Shown: piece by piece, positions 62,820-64,000 of the stretch
Layout of the letters: every line of letters begins with the position of its first letter
Position numbering within the stretch: position 1 is the stretch's first letter
Origin: Okamejei kenojei
Taxonomy: Eukaryota
DNA length: 64,000 nucleotides
NCBI GenBank assembly: GCA_035221665.1
Contig: CM069164.1
Location: 15,004,001 to 15,068,000, forward strand
Direction: 5' to 3'
The notes under the pieces: generated by a model
The model's database searches: none
The model's input: only the letters and a program-made list of their open reading frames with translations
What the model was told of the DNA's origin: nothing
Translations under genes and position numbers: made by a program

Positions 62820-63745
62820 TTTCCATTTCAGTGATAAAACAGAATATAAAAGGAAAACAGGGAACTACCGATATGTTAGCCTGACATCAGTAATTGGAAA
62901 AATGCCAAAATCTGTACAAAGGATGAGATAACAAGACATTTAGAAAATTAATTATTTTCAGCAGAGTCAATGTGAATTTTATAAAAGGGAAATCATATTT
63001 GACTAAATCCATTGAAGTCAAACCTGCGGGAATGGGGTATTTAAATTTTCAGACTTCTTTTGTTAACTTTCTACATAGGTTGGTGAACAAGAAACTTCAA
63101 TGAAATGTTGTTAATGATTAGGTTGAAGAACAAGCACATAAATTAGAGATGATACACAAACAAGATTGAGAGATAGTTAACACAAAGTAAACTATTAAAA
63201 CGTGTAGGAAGGAACTGCAGATGCTGGTTTAAATCGAAGATAGACATAAAATGCTGGAGTAAATCAGCGGGACAGGCATCATCTCTGGAGAGAAGGAATG
63301 GGCGACGTTTCAAGTCGAGATCCTTCAGACTATTAGACTATCAGACTAATAAACTATTAAAAAGGATCTTCTTAGGTTGTCAGACTATGATTAGTCAGGT
63401 ATACTGTGATTGGTGCATGGGCCCTGACTATTCACAAACCTAATAAATATTTTCTCCTCAACCAAACTGCAGGATTCCCGAGTTTGCTGTTGACACAAGA
63501 CAAAGTGAAAATGCAAGTTGTTATGAGGATGCAACGATGCTTCATGGGAAAATAATCAAACTGAGTGAGTGGGCAACAACATGGCAGATGGAGTACAATG
63601 TGAAAAATGTAAAGTTACCCTCTTGAGTAGAATGTTGATGCTTCAATGCACCCTGATAGCATGGTTTCTAAATCACTGAAAGTTAATGTAGCGCAGCATG
63701 CAATGAGACAGGGAAATGGCATGCTAGTCTTTATTGAATGAGGAT
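62820..63745 (+). mobile_element. Old degenerate CR1-type RT fragment with a nested Penelope-like repeat
   Basis: Decayed matches to the RT region at 2400-3020 (aacagggaactacc..gttagcctgacatcagt; gggaaatcat..ttgactaa; gagtgggcaa..catggcagatggagtacaatgtg). Confidence 0.6.
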
Positions 63746-64000
63746 ATAGTTTAGTTTGGTGATACAGAATAGAAACAGCCCCTTTGGCCCGTTGAGCCCA
63801 CACAGACCAGCAATCACCCGTTTACATTAGCTCCATGTTATGCCACTTTCTCATCCCACTCCCTACACACTGCAGCAATTTACAGAGGCCAATTAACCTA
63901 CAGACTTGCAAGTCTTCGGGATGTAGGAGGATAGCAAAGCACACGGTCACAGGGTAAAGGGTAGATGTAAGGAGAATGTTTCCTTTGTCTGAGGAGCCTG

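Overview
This is vertebrate genomic DNA, most likely a cartilaginous fish (skate/ray-like, inferred only from the repeat families). It holds three multi-exon genes: the last 8 coding exons of FRMD5 (+, 96-25367), an apparently complete WDR76 (-, about 42867-28898, 13 coding exons, one probable GC-AG intron) convergent with FRMD5, and the last 9 coding exons of the Bloom helicase BLM (-, 60534-47688). Introns are full of CR1, Rex/Babar and L1 LINE fragments, SINEs, Penelope-like repeats and a DNA-transposon-like element. Three signals stand out. (1) A ~140-bp non-autonomous retroposon occurs twice (16798-16934 with a 13-bp TSD, and 43276-43421). The first 54 nt of copy 1 fold as a minimal HDV-like (CPEB3-like) ribozyme that starts exactly at the element 5' end. 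(2) A TATA/CpG-associated candidate alternative first exon (ATG 12504, donor 12712) lies inside the last FRMD5 intron and could splice in frame to the last exon, giving a 259-aa FERM-less membrane isoform. (3) A dispersed Penelope-like repeat carries minimal type I hammerhead motifs, often in inverted arrangements. All structures were read by eye; none has been checked computationally.
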